Below are positions 13,467 through 25,480 of a DNA stretch of 64,000 bases, one piece after another; positions within the stretch are counted from its first letter, which is position 1; every line of letters starts with the position of its first letter. A program made the translations under genes and the position numbers. This stretch comes from Lama glama (Eukaryota): the NCBI GenBank assembly GCA_028534125.1, contig CM052816.1:58840001-58904000 (forward strand), in the 5' to 3' direction. The notes under the pieces were generated by a model. That model was not told the DNA's origin. It saw nothing but the letters and a program-made list of their open reading frames with translations, and did no database searches.

Positions 13467-13790
13467 AATATGATACAAAGAAACTTATTTACAACACAGA
13501 GACAGACTCACAGACAGAAAACAAACTTATAGTTACCAAAAGGGAAAATGGGCAGGGGAGAGATAAACTAGGAGTTTGGGATTAGCAGGTACACACTACT
13601 ATATATAAAATAGGCAAACAACAAGGTCCTATTGTATAGCACAGGGAACTATATTCAACATCCTCTAATAAACCATAATGGAAAAGAATATGAAAAAGAA
13701 TATATGTATGTATAATTGAATCACTATTCTGTACATCAGAAATTAACACAACATTGTAAATCAACTATACTTCAGTAAAAAATTTTAAAA
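13467..13790 (+). mobile_element. Young L1 3'UTR inserted in MER44 (5' part lost in gap)
   Basis: TAGCACAGGGAACTATATTCAA..CAACATTGTAAATCAACTATACTTCAGTAAAA; same family as 3406-4120. Confidence 0.9.
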
Positions 13791-14964
13791 AAGGGTAGTG
13801 ATGCTGGCAATTCAGATATGCTGTAAATTGCTTTCTTTAGTTGAAAAGATGAAAGTTCTTGACTTGATAAGGAAAGAAAAAAAATTGGATACTTGGTTTG
13901 CTAAAATCTAGGTAAGAATGGCTATTCTGTTGGGAAATTGTGAAGAAGAAATAGGAATCTGTGCTAATTTTGCTGTCCTGCCTCAAACTGCAAAACTTAT
14001 GGTCACAATGTAACTAAGTGCTTAGTTAAGAAGGAAAAGGCATTAAATTTGTACAATAAGAAATTTTGAGAGAGAAAGAGAAAAATGGGGGAGAACCGCA
14101 TTCACACAACTTATTTCAGTATATTGTTATAACTATTTTGTTTAATTATTAGTTATTGCTGTTAATCTCTTATTGGGCCTAATTTATAAGTTAAACTTCA
14201 TCATAGTTCCTATACATACACATCTATGGTGATGTATAGGAAAAAACAACATAGTTTTTAAAGTGTTCAGTACTATCTGTGGTTTCAGGCATCCACTGGG
14301 GGTCTTGAAATTTATCTCCTGCAGAGAAGGAGAGATTCCTGTATCTTTTCCTCTGACAAAGAGAAGCATGCTGTAAACTGTTTTGTACCTTGTTTTTTCA
14401 TGAAACAATACATTGGAAGTTGTCCCATATTGGTAAATACAGATTAACCTCTTTTTTCCTAAGAGCTACACGATATTCTGTTGCAGTTACAGAGTATCAT
14501 CTTTTTTTTTTTTAACCAATCTTCTGTTGATGGATATTTAGGTTGTTGCCAACCTTTTGCTCTTTATAATAAGCAAGACTGCAATGAATAGTCTTGGGTG
14601 TGCAATAATATTTGTGCATACATGAGACTACATGTAGAAATGGAATTGTGGAGTGAGGGGTGTGAACATTGTAATTTTTATGTCTATTACCAAATAAACC
14701 TCCACGAGTTTCTATTAATTTATATTCTTCTACCCAGCTCTCATTTTAGATTCTGAGGACTGACAGTGGCATTTATTTTGAGGAAGTCATAGGTGAGGAA
14801 ACAGGATGTAAGGTTGAACAAGGAAAGATTGACATTTGTGTTTTTGCATCGGCCTAATAAAATGAGATTTTTAAGTAGTTTACCAAATATTTTGGCAAAA
14901 TAGACCAAGCATCAGGCAGTCTTCTCTACTAGGAAGCCTGCCACATGGAGAAATGAGAATATAA

Positions 14965-15120
14965 GAAATGGTTTCCAGTCTGACATGGCCAGCACTCACT
15001 GAGGGATCTTGAGGAAGCCAATCAGCCTTTCTTTGACCTCAGGTTTCTTGTTTGTCAAATGAGTATTTGGAGTGAATGATCTCAGAAGAATCACTGGATC
15101 CAAAATTATTTAACTCTATG
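14965..15120 (+). mobile_element. MIR/MIR3 fragment
   Basis: CCTCAGGTTTCTTGTTTGTCAAATGAG core. Confidence 0.5.
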
Positions 15121-15161
15121 AAACTCCTTTCACTTTTTATGATATAATAAAAACCCCTATA

Positions 15162-15334
15162 CAGGAATAGCTATATAATTTGCTAGACCTTGTGCAAAAT
15201 GAAAAGGTAAGGCCCTCCCCCATTCAAAAATCATTAAGAATGTCAAGATCGCCACAATGGAGCATTAAGCTAAGTGTGGCCCCTCTAAGCACAGGGACCC
15301 TGTGTACCACACATAAGCCCGTGAAGATGGTCCT
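15162..15334. mobile_element. MER45A-like hAT-Tip100 fossil
   Basis: ATAATTTGC..GTGCAAAATGAAAA..TTCAAAAATCATTAAGAAT..GAGCATTAA. Confidence 0.75.
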
Positions 15335-17323
15335 ACTCCTATAAAGATCCTGCCTCCAAATCAATGCTTGACTTCTGCTTACCTATTTGGTGGTAGTTTG
15401 CATGTGGTTGAGACACACCTCATTGATTTCTGAGAAAAGGTGCCTTGGTCCATAACCCTTTGCTAAAGAAGCTGCTCTAAACCTTACCTTGTACAATGGG
15501 CGCCTGCTGATGGGATGAGAGGTAGACACCTGCTCCCAGGGCAGCCAGTTCATAAGCTCGTGAGTAGCTTGTAAGGTAGCTGACTGGAAAAGCTTCTGAC
15601 CAATGGGAGTTAAGTAAATATGATGGTAAACATACTCTCTGGAATTTGAACTGAGAAATGTGGGGAAGACTCTGCCAACTGGATTGGGGCTTAAGGGGAT
15701 GGTGAGAGTCGGGGAGGAGAGATAGAGGAAAAGGACACCACGCATATTACCCTGTGTAACTGAACAGTGAGCCCGCATTAGTGGAGCTAGCCTAAGAGAA
15801 ATTTCCGTCCACTGCAACTCAAAGAGCATAATTAACCCAGTGTAATGCGTCAGCCTGTTGATGTTTAAGCTATCTAGGGAGTGTGGCTTAAGAACAATTA
15901 GAAGCATGGAAATAGATTAAAAGCTCCCAAACCCCCTTTTCTCCTTCATCTGCCAGCTATGGCATTGGAATCAGCCGGTGAGTAGCCTGTGTTGGCCAGG
16001 TTGGGGGTGATCTGAACTCGCTGAGTGTCCCCCTTTTGTCTTTTTTCTGCATCATTTATTCATGTTGTAGCCATCTTTCTTATATATTCCCTAGGACTTT
16101 TTTTTCAACTTCTCCTAAGTTATCCTTGACATCTTGTTCTACTTCCAGTACAGTAGCCCTAGGAAAAATGTAGCTGTCAAATGTGTAACAAGACACACAT
16201 TTTCTTGGTATGTATCTTTTTCTTTCCGTTGGACAATGCTAATGAATCCCTGAAGTCTGCAGCGGGCTGAGGAAGACGCTGCACTGAGTGACCTCTCCAG
16301 ACCTTTTGCAGTTTAATCGTGCCAAGGAGAGGATTCCAGTATAGTCAGTTCCCAACCCCTCATTATAGAATGTCTGCATAATCGTCCGATGCTTTTCCCT
16401 TTCCTTCACAGTTCAACAGAGGCTGAGTTTGTTGGTTTTTAGATGAATAACCAACTAATTTGGTCAGGAATGTCATATAACTTATCATTGACAGTAATTT
16501 GCTTTCTAGGATGCATTAAAATCTGTGGTGTGTGGGTGCATTGCTTATAATAGCACATACTGCACAGAGTGGCCTGTGTAAATGAGGCAGCAGAGAACTG
16601 CACTAAGCAAACTGGATCTCCGTTCACTGGAATCAGTCTGTAGCTTGAGCAGGCTGGGTAAACACAACATGGGACTCTCATCTGCGTCCCAGGTACCTGG
16701 CATGGCACAGTTTAGCTGTGTTTATGGGATAGACTAAGAAAACAAATTATCAGTTGGCATCAAATGTGGAAAAAGGACATTTCTCTTTTTGCCTTTACAG
16801 TAACGCACTGCCTCTGATACCCTGCCTGCCCTGAAAAGGCTTGGGTCCAGGAGGGGAAACAAAGGTGAAAGGCCTGGAGTTCTATGTTCTTCCTTGCCTG
16901 GGCTGAACTTGGCCAACATCCAGCAAATATTTTGGTGAGCACCTGGGCATCAGTGCAGGGATGGCCTGAGCCTGTGGGCTGTCCTGGGTGATTACTATGG
17001 GAATGTACTAAAGCCAGGTATGGGCATCAGTTTTGTACATAGGAAAGGGGAAAATGAACCTGGTAATATTTCCAAGTTCAGATTTTGCTGTGAATTCCAG
17101 GAACCGAAGACTTTGCACGACTCTTGTTTTCTCCTCATAAAAGGAGATGCTAACACCGATGATACCCTTAATGCTGAGGTGTAATCCCCACGTATATTAT
17201 TGTAATACTTCTTGTTTACATGACATATATCCAGGTTTTTGAAAATAATAAGGATTTAAATCAGTTTTTTTTAGTAGAAGAGTTAATCGTTGGGGAAATC
17301 TGGCTGATTGAAAAGTAGCTCAG

Positions 17324-17488
17324 CTGTAATGGAAAAGAAACTGAATATAAATATCGATATCTATATCTATATCTGTATCTATATATCTTTATCTATATCT
17401 ATATATATCTGAATCACTTTGCTGTACACCTGATACTAACACTGTAAATCGACTACATTTCAATAAAAAATAAGAATTAAACAGAAAA
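17324..17488 (+). mobile_element. Severely 5'-truncated L1 tail with (ATATCT)n expansion
   Basis: GAATCACTTTGCTGTACACCTGA..CAATAAAAAA; 14-bp TSD GAAAAGTAGCTCAG (17310-17323) / GAAAAATAGCTCAG (17489-17502). Confidence 0.85.
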
Positions 17489-18379
17489 GAAAAATAGCTC
17501 AGATACACTTATCTAAGTGTGTGTATATATATACCTAAGTGTGTGTGTATATATATATATATATATAAAACTTAAATAAATTTATTAAGGGGCCACAGTA
17601 TTAACAGAATAGTGGGTGGGGTAGATTAGGAGGGTGACATCTTCCTAAGCATTTAAAGCATTGTCTGTAAAACGTCTCCCAAGAGCTACAGAAGCAAGCT
17701 GGCAATAGAGGTGAGAGGAAAAGAACTCTCGTGGATTGGAAGCTGATTATCTGGAGGAAATCCAGAGGGGAAATTAATGGCTAAGTCCTGTGATGCAGAA
17801 GGATTAAGGGCTGATTACCACAGTGATCTCTACTAGCAGCAATTTGGTTCATTTTATCATATTTATTTCCCATTTGGTTACGAGAACATTCTCATAAAGT
17901 TACATCTTTAACAGCCCACACACTAAGTTCTGAAAGCAATGTCATTTAACTAACAACCAAATATAGACCTGTCATTGAGCACCACCCATTTCTACAGAAT
18001 CATGGTTCCCTCTGCAAAATCCTCAAAGAGAACAAACTAAATGGCATAAACAGAACACAGATTCAAAGTCTCCTGTTTCTATATGACGCCACCATGACTT
18101 TACAGTGGGTGAGTAATTAGGATCCTGCCCCCGTGAGGCAGGGCTGGTGATGGCCACCCACATGAACCCACAGGCTCAGGTGTTGACTAGGAGAGCGCAT
18201 ACAATTTCTGGATTACATGAAGTGTCTGTAAACAGCAGAAATTAGGCAAAATTGTGAGATATTCCAGAGGCCAGAATGAATGAGGAAATTGGGCAATTTG
18301 ATGGAACATCTGCCTTAAACATTAGCCCCACTTCCATTTATCCTGGTTCCAACACTCTAAAAGAATATAGAATAAAACC

Positions 18380-19400
18380 CTACCTCCTAACTTCTCATCT
18401 CTTCTGATTTTTACTCCCCTCCCCAGAGGTAACCACTGTTTGCTGTTTTCTTTATGTGTAGACTTTTTATACCCAAGTATACATGTGTGTATTTTTTTTC
18501 AAGTACATGGGATGATGTCAGATCCATTGTATTGTCATTTAGCAATATGTCTTAGAGATTATAAATAGATCAACTGCATTCTTTTAAGTTGTAGTATCAT
18601 TCTCCCTTAGTGGGCATTTTGCTTTCTCTACTATAAACAGTACTGCAGTGAGCACCCTTATTTATGCTTCTTTGTGCACAGGTGTAAGCGTTTCTCTAGA
18701 ATAGAGGCTTCCTGATGGAATTTCTGGGTAGAATTTTATGGATATTCACCATATTGATAGATGTTGCCAAATTGCCTTCCTTAAAGGAATACTGATTTTT
18801 ATTCCCACCATCAGTGGATGAGAGTCTCCATTTTCCCCATATCCTTGACAATTCTGTATACTATCAATCTTGTTAATTTTTCCCAGCTTGGTGGATGAAG
18901 AGGAATGACTTAGTTGTTTTAATTTATATTTCCTTGATTAGGATAGGTTGAGTACTTTTTCCTGTACTAAGTGACCATATGCATTTGTTCTACTGTGAAA
19001 TGTCTGTCCTTGTCCATTGCACTTTTTTTTTTCTATTGTGTTGTTATTTTATTGACTCACAGTCACTCCTTATGCAGCTTCTGGATATAAAGTTCTCGGA
19101 TTTTATATACTTCATGTGTTTTATATACTTAGAAATTTGTCTTTTTTCTTGATCCACAGTGTCCTATGTTGTTCAGAGATCTATGTTGTCAAATTTGTCA
19201 GTCCTTTCCCTTATGGCTTAATAATTTTATAGCTGTTCCAACATTATAAAAATATTTTCCCTAATATTTTGGAAGGCAGCTATGCTAACCGCTATACCAC
19301 CAATGCCCTAATACTTTGTAGTTAAAAAATTATTTATCCCTTTAGTGAATCTACTGTATAGTTTTGTATATTATGTGAGGTAGGGAAACTTTCCTGTTTT
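18380..19400 (-). mobile_element. Old L1ME-like fragment
   Basis: CCCAGAGGTAACCACTGTT, TGCCAAATTGCCTTCC, TTCCCACCATCAGTG motifs. Confidence 0.75.
19269..19306 (-). pseudogene. Tailless retrocopy of the tRNA-Gly(TCC) 5' half
   Basis: Reverse complement GCATTGGTGGTATAGCGGTTAGCATAGCTGCCTTCCAA matches tRNA-Gly-TCC nt 1-38 as recalled; TSD CCTAATATTTT / CCTAATACTTT. Confidence 0.9.
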
Positions 19401-19459
19401 CTGGAACAGATTCTCATTCCAGACACATCCAACTCTGATCCAATCCCAAATGTTGCCCT

Positions 19460-19630
19460 GTGGCATCATAGATTTATGGATTTTTAGGACATCTGGAGGG
19501 AAAATACCTGAATTTGTATGCAGAATTGTGTGTGATGTGTATAGGTGTATTTTTTTCCTGTGAGGAGAGCCCTTAATTTTCATCAGATTCTCGGAAGGAT
19601 GTGTGGTCGAAAAAGGCTAAGAAGCCCTGT
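19460..19630. mobile_element. hAT-Charlie-type MER fragment (subfamily not assigned)
   Basis: TTTCATCAGATTCTC...AAAAAGGCTAAGAAGCCCTG terminal motif. Confidence 0.5.
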
Positions 19631-19749
19631 GTTGCATTCTCTCCTCCACCTTTCATGGGGAAATTCCATAAAGGCAGCTTTGTTTCTATATTCCTTTCCA
19701 AACTTCCCATTTCATTTCTTAAAGTCTCATTTAATATTAGTAGCATTTT

Positions 19750-20800
19750 CTATTAATTCATCCAACAAATGTTAAATGAGCATCTACTTCATTAAGCATG
19801 TTATCAGAAATGTTCAGTAAGACCTAGAAGTTGCCTTGGACAGGCTAATAGTCTAGTTGGGGAGACAAATAACTCTCAGCATATTAGGATACAGTATGAT
19901 AAGTGTCAGGATAATGCTATGAACAGAGGACTAAAGAAGTCTATAGGAAAAAGCAAGCCCTAGGATTTTGTGTGTGTGTGTGTGTGTGTGTGTATGGAGT
20001 CATTTCAGGAAGATAATTCTGGCATCAGTTTGGAGAATAAAGAGAAAGCAAGGAGACCAGTTAGGAAGCTGATCTGTTTTCACAAGAGAGAAATGGGAGA
20101 AATGTTAGGGACTGAACTGAAGCTGTGTCAGTGGTGAGGGAATGGGTGTGGGAGACCCTGATCATACTAAGAAGGTAAAATAGCCTGGAGTTATTTGTTG
20201 AGTTATTGAATATGGGAATTAATGGGGAATTAGAAGTCAGGAATAATTGTTAGGTTTCTGATTTGGGTGATGGATTGATTGGTGGAGTCATTGCTGAACT
20301 AGGAGTTGTAGACTAAATCCAAGATTGAAAGGAAAATTGAGTTTAATTTTGCAGTATTGCATATTGATATAGAGGCAGAAATGGATGTGCTCACCCTTAA
20401 GTGAGGGTGTGGACAGAGCAAAGATCTGTAGAATACCATGTTTCAGGGGTTTGCAGAGAAAGGGGAAGGTTATCAGGTCGAGAGAGAGATATGAGAAAAA
20501 TTAAGAGAAAATATTATAGAAGGCATGGGAGGAGAGAGTTTCAAAAAGGAAAAAGTAATCAACAGGGTGAAATACTGCAGAGAAATCAAATGGGATTTAG
20601 ACAGCGAAGAGCCACTGAGTGAGCAATCTGGAGATCATTGGTGACTTCCTGAGATCACTTTTAGGGGAGCAACATGAGTGGATGCTGCTGGGAGATGAGA
20701 TGCAATGGTGAGAAATGGGGTTGGAAGAGTGAATGGAAGGTGAGGCAGGGAAGGTAGTACATTTGGACAAGTCTTGCCAAAAACTTTGCTGTGAAGGTTT
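19750..20800 (-). mobile_element. L2 LINE 3' region
   Basis: ATTCATCCAACAAATGTTAAATGAGCATCTAC terminus, then purine-rich L2 body (GGAGACCAGTTAGGAAGCT). Confidence 0.75.
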
Positions 20801-21019
20801 GAGGGTAGCTAAGGAGGTATGTGAAAAAACTGCTGTTCATTTCTGATGTGGCGGAGTCATGTTATAAGGCTTTTGATGAAGCGCTATTGAAGTTAATCCC
20901 AGAGCGAATCAATCAGTGATCTGGTAGGTAGGTGTGTTTTATTCTTGAAGGAATTGATAGATAAACTTGATAAAGATTTTCTTTGACTTGTATTCAGGGT
21001 GTTAAAAAATATTTAACAG

Positions 21020-21154
21020 GGAGGGATATAGCTCAGTGGTAGAGCGCATTCTTAGCATGTATGAGGTCCTGGGCTCAATTCCCTGTACCTCCATTAAAAA
21101 ACAAAACAAAACAAAACACCTAACCCCCCCAAAAAGTAACAAAGTAAAAAAATT
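21020..21154 (+). mobile_element. Camelid tRNA-derived SINE (vic-1-like), long form
   Basis: TAGCTCAGTGGTAGAGCGCATTCTTAGCATG..GGGCTCAATTCCC; TSD AAAAAATATTTAACAG / AAAAAAAATTTAATAG. Confidence 0.9.
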
Positions 21155-23276
21155 AAAAAAAATTTAATAGCTGAGATGACTTGGGCACTGATTAATCAGG
21201 ATAGAAGCTGTAACCTACTAGAACAGATGCTGGCTGTAAACAACTGGTCAGACCGTATCAATGACAAACAGTCCTGTTCCCATTGCCAAGGACTATCTGC
21301 CATATGTACATGGATGCTTTTCTCAGAAATACCTTGATCAAAGGACCCGATTTTTGAAGATTGAATCAGTAGGACCTTTAGGGCCCCCAAAGGACCAGAT
21401 CACAGAAGTTATAACCAGCATTGCAAAATGTATGCAACTCTTCTGTTAAATTTGATTGAAGGCCACATTTGTATTCAAGAGCCTTGCGGGCAAAAAGCAT
21501 AGGAAAGCAAACAGGAACACTGAAAAATTTTGTTTTTCTTCCCTTAAAAACTAAGATTAACAACGTGACAAGTCGCAGAGGAAGAACAAAATGAATGCAA
21601 TGCATGCTAAGTAAGAATTATGAGGGCAAGATAGATTTTAGTTTCAAATAGTAATTTCATTTTGAGCTGCAAGGTTAGGAACAAAATGAACTTTTTCTGC
21701 AGCAGAGCACATGTGATGGAGAGATCTTCTATTTTAGCTGATACTCCCTCAGTGACCAGCACTCATGTTGGAATTAAGTTAATATGAACTAACACTCCCT
21801 TGTATGGGCTCTGTGATTTTTGGTATGTTAGGGGTGCAGAGGCAGAAGCCTACAGCTTAAAGTAGATGCACTTTATCATTTTAGTTCAAGACTCCTCATT
21901 TTTCCCCCTTGGTAAGTGTACTGTCTTGCATTATCCCAGGAAATACTTTTTTTCAAATAGAAACTGCAGCATTTTTTTTTCTTTGACAAATGCCATATAG
22001 ATAAAGCTCTCAGCATAATCGGTCCTCTTTTAAAGATTTTCATGTGGAATATTTATAGGGAAATGTGAGTCTGTCTGGGATATAAACAGAGCTAATTACA
22101 GCTATTATACTCTCCTTTGCACTTCTCAGTGATTGCTTAGAATGTCACGTCTCGATATACTTTTAAGAAAATTGGAATTTTAAAGTTCTTTTTGAAAGGA
22201 AGGCAGAAAAAAATGAGAGTTCCGTGGGATGAAGTGCTCAATGTTCTTTTGGTGGGTAGAGTCAATAATATTACCTTTCTTGAGTAAAGATAAAGAAAAA
22301 CTATGTTTGTTTACTTTAATTTCATGTCTGTTGTCATTGGGCTTTTTTTGGTTGAGTTCTTTTATTTTAGTTGTGTGTTGCAGTTGACTAGATAAAATAA
22401 ATCAGAAACAGGCTCAGTTGGTGCCATGTCTTAGACAGGCTGGAAAAATGTTCTTCCCAAGGAAGCGTAAGAAAAGGGAGAAATATCCAGAATCAATATT
22501 TCTTCTGTAGATACAGTACTGATACTTAACAATATTTCTAACTCTCTTTTTCCAGGTCACATCAGTCTGAGGGGACAGGCTTAGAAAACCAAGGTGAGGA
22601 TGATGATCACAAATACTTTTGACCTTAAGCACTTGCCAGAGAGCATCATTAGGACCTCAGTCTTGCCCTCTCTCTTCCACTCTCCAATCTCTCTCTCTTC
22701 CTTGGGCCTGGCCCTGGCTGATGCACACACTCTCTTTGGAGACCCTCAACCTCTCAAACACCTGTTCTTCTATTGCCTGTACTGAGCTCTGTCTCGGGGC
22801 TGGTTAGCCTCCCAGGAGTTCTTGCCCACCACTTTCATGACCTTGTGCCTATTTACTGACGCCTCTCACTCTGTTTTCTCACCAGTGTTATAGTTTTCTA
22901 AGTGAAGAACATCCCATAGGGTAGTCTGGATCTTTGGGGGTCCTTCTAAAACTCTTTGTTTTAGGAGATTTAGACAACCAATCCCAACGATGGGTTGAGG
23001 ACATTATGATGTCACCATACGGTGCTACAGTATTTCATCTTTTTATCAGCACCGAACCAGTGACCCATCTCGGATGCCATCTAGGTGCTTCAATAACCTC
23101 CTGCTTCAGCAAGAGTTATCCATCTACCCAAACACAGGTTCTCTTAGAGATAGGGGTAGGGATAGAGGCAGTTTCAGAGACTCTGCCAAATGGTCTTCTT
23201 GGCCAGGAAACTCCTAAATTCCTCAGGTAGCAAAGATTCCCTGAGAGTTGATCCTGCTCTGATGTTGCTCAAGGGA

Positions 23277-23438
23277 TGGCACAGGGAAATCTATTCAATA
23301 TTTTGTCATACCCTTTAATGAAAAAGAATATGAAAACAGATAAATGTATGCATATGCATGACTGGGACATTGTGCTATACAGTAGAAGCTGACACATTGT
23401 AACTGACTGTACTTCAGTAAAAAAAAAATTAAAAAAAG
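23277..23438 (+). mobile_element. Truncated young L1 3' tail
   Basis: GCACAGGGAA..GAAAAAGAATATGAAAA..ACATTGTAACTGACTGTACTTCAGTAAAAAAA. Confidence 0.85.
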
Positions 23439-24014
23439 AGAGGGTCATGTAAATTCAGTCCTCCTTCTGAAGATCTTTTGATGCATTCTGAAAAAGGAAA
23501 TTCTTCCACAAATGTGCTGATCTGATATTTCACTCAAATACCTAGAGTCTTAATTAAAACAAAAATTTCAGCCATTCTCTAAAGCAATTCTCTAGGAATA
23601 TCAATAGCTCTCTTTATTCTCTGCAAATGATCATGAGGTCATGGAAATTAGACTTCGTGGGAATCCTGACCATATCTCTAGTCCTAGCACCAATCTCTCC
23701 CTCATTTTAATCTTTTAATTTGCATCACCAGAACGTGCACTAGGCAACCTTAGCTGTATAAATTGCTTCTCACCATGGCCTTCCTCATTCAAGTGTATGT
23801 GAGTGCCCACAGGGCTGGTGCCAGTACCAGAAAAAATTAGAAGTTTCTGTTCTTAGAACTCTTGTTCTACTTGACCTTGCTGGGTCAGGTAGAGGCTAGG
23901 GTGTGGTCTCTAGGACATTAGAGGTCACATGTTTTTTCAGTCCAAGAGGATTTAGAGACCTGTAAGACAGACTTCAGGGGTCCAGCATTTCAGGAGGGAG
24001 GTACTATAATATAA

Positions 24015-24255
24015 TCTTTCAGAGCATGGACTTTCAAATCAGATAGATATGGGTCCAAATTTTGGCTCCACCATTTATTAGCTGTGTGCTCTTAGACAAA
24101 TTTCTTAGCCTCTTTGCATCTTAGTTTCTTCTTCTGTAAAAGAGGAGTGATAATCTAATATTAACCTTATGTAGACTTGTCTTGAGGATTAAGTGAAAAA
24201 AAAAAGGTTTAGCACAGAGCCTAGAATACAATAAGTGCCTGATAAATGACAGCCT
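24015..24255 (+). mobile_element. MIR SINE
   Basis: GGCTCCACCATTTATTAGCTGTG..TCTTAGTTTCTTCTTCTGTAAAA..GAGGATTAAGTGA. Confidence 0.8.
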
Positions 24256-24539
24256 TCATATTAAGTGGACTGTTGGCCCCTTCTTGGAATCTACTAGTCT
24301 CAAGGAGGGCCCAAAGACAGAAATAACTACAGAGATATTGAACATTTAGACTCTACCGAGGGAGAGGTGTATATTTTTTCTATTGAGAGCCACTGATCCC
24401 TGATAGAAAAGGATCGATTGAAGGCCTTGTTAAAAAACTAATTTGCTTTTTTTCCCTCAGGGAAATATAAAATATTGACTCTACCTACTTTTAAGAACAA
24501 GGAACATAGCTCTTTACTCAATAAATACCTTGAATAGAT

Positions 24540-24710
24540 TTCTAGAACTCTAAGGGACCTCAGAGACCATCCAGTATAATCTGTTTATTTAATAGATGAG
24601 GCAGCTGAGGATCAGAAATATAAACTGATTTTGTCATAATTGCCATCTTTCCCCATGACCATAGGAAGAAACCCTTCTAAGTCTAACTCCTAGCATTTTT
24701 CACTATACTA
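24540..24710 (-). mobile_element. MIR/MIR3 fragment
   Basis: AAGGGACCTCAGAGACCATCCAGT..AGATGAGGCAGCTGAGG. Confidence 0.6.
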
Positions 24711-24984
24711 TGTACCTAGTTGTTCAGTAAAACAAGAGGGAGAGGAAGAGAGAAAGAAGAAATTGAGAAGAGGGGGAGAGAAGGAAAAAGAGTTAGAAGA
24801 GGGAGGGAGACACACACAGAGGAAAGTACAGAGAGAGAACAAGAAAAGAAAGAAACAAGGTGATCACTTCCAACAGCGATAGGGTCTCATGAAATGTACA
24901 TCATGTCAAGTGAACTGTCATGTCTTTTTCAATGATGTCTGTCATTCTGATGAATGTCTGGATGAATGACAGAAGCTCATTACC

Positions 24985-25480
24985 AGTTGAGAGTCTATGG
25001 CAATAGTCCAGATGAGAAATGTTCATGACATAAATTAGGGTGGCAGCGATAGAGATGGTTTCAGAGGTTGGCTTTGGGATATATTTCAGAGAGATAGATA
25101 TACTGTTGGATTGGATGTTGAGAGAAAGGGAAGGAAAGAGTAAAGAATGAGTTCCAAGTTTTTGACTTGAATACTTAGATAGATGGTGATAATCATTTAC
25201 TGAGTTGGGGTAAGCCTTTGGACAAGCTCTATTTGGTTCCAAGGGAAAATTCTGAGTGTACAGTTGGGTATTTGAGTCAGGAGCTCAGGAAAGAGCAAGG
25301 CTGAAGATATAAATTTGGGAGTTGTCAGTAGAAAGATATTTATGAGACTGGATGAGATCATCTGGAGATGGAATGACTATAGAAAGAAGATGAATGCTGA
25401 CGTCTGGGTCTAGAGTACTCCATCTTTTAGAGGGCCTGCAGAGGAAAGGTCCAGCAAGTGAGACCCAGGAGTTATTAGTG
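24985..25480 (-). mobile_element. L2 LINE fragment
   Basis: GCAATAGTCCAGATGAGA, GCTGAAGATATAAATTTGGGAGTTGTCAG, GACTGGATGAGATCA. Confidence 0.75.

Larger units (their letters stand above)
13193..14341 (+). mobile_element. MER44/Tigger7 DNA transposon fossil
   Basis: Both degenerate TIR regions present with TA at 13191-13192 and 14342-14343; internal AAATGGAAAATTCCAGAAATAAACAATTCATAAGTTTTAAATTG. Confidence 0.85.
12955..14730 (-). mobile_element. Old L1ME-like 3' fragment split by MER44
   Basis: L1-like pieces at ~12955-13190 and ~14345-14730 (e.g. GATGGATATTTAGGTTGTTGCCA). Confidence 0.65.

Noticed and set aside
17513..17567. Small duplication CTAAG(TG)n(TA)n x2
   Set aside because: Ordinary microsatellite slippage
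21020..21095. tRNA-Ala-like sequence as a real tRNA gene
   Set aside because: It has an A-rich tail, TSDs and five similar copies in the window, so it is a SINE
24438..24480. Acceptor-like CTAAT..TTTTTTTCCCTCAG
   Set aside because: No convincing donor nearby; treated as an isolated pseudo splice site
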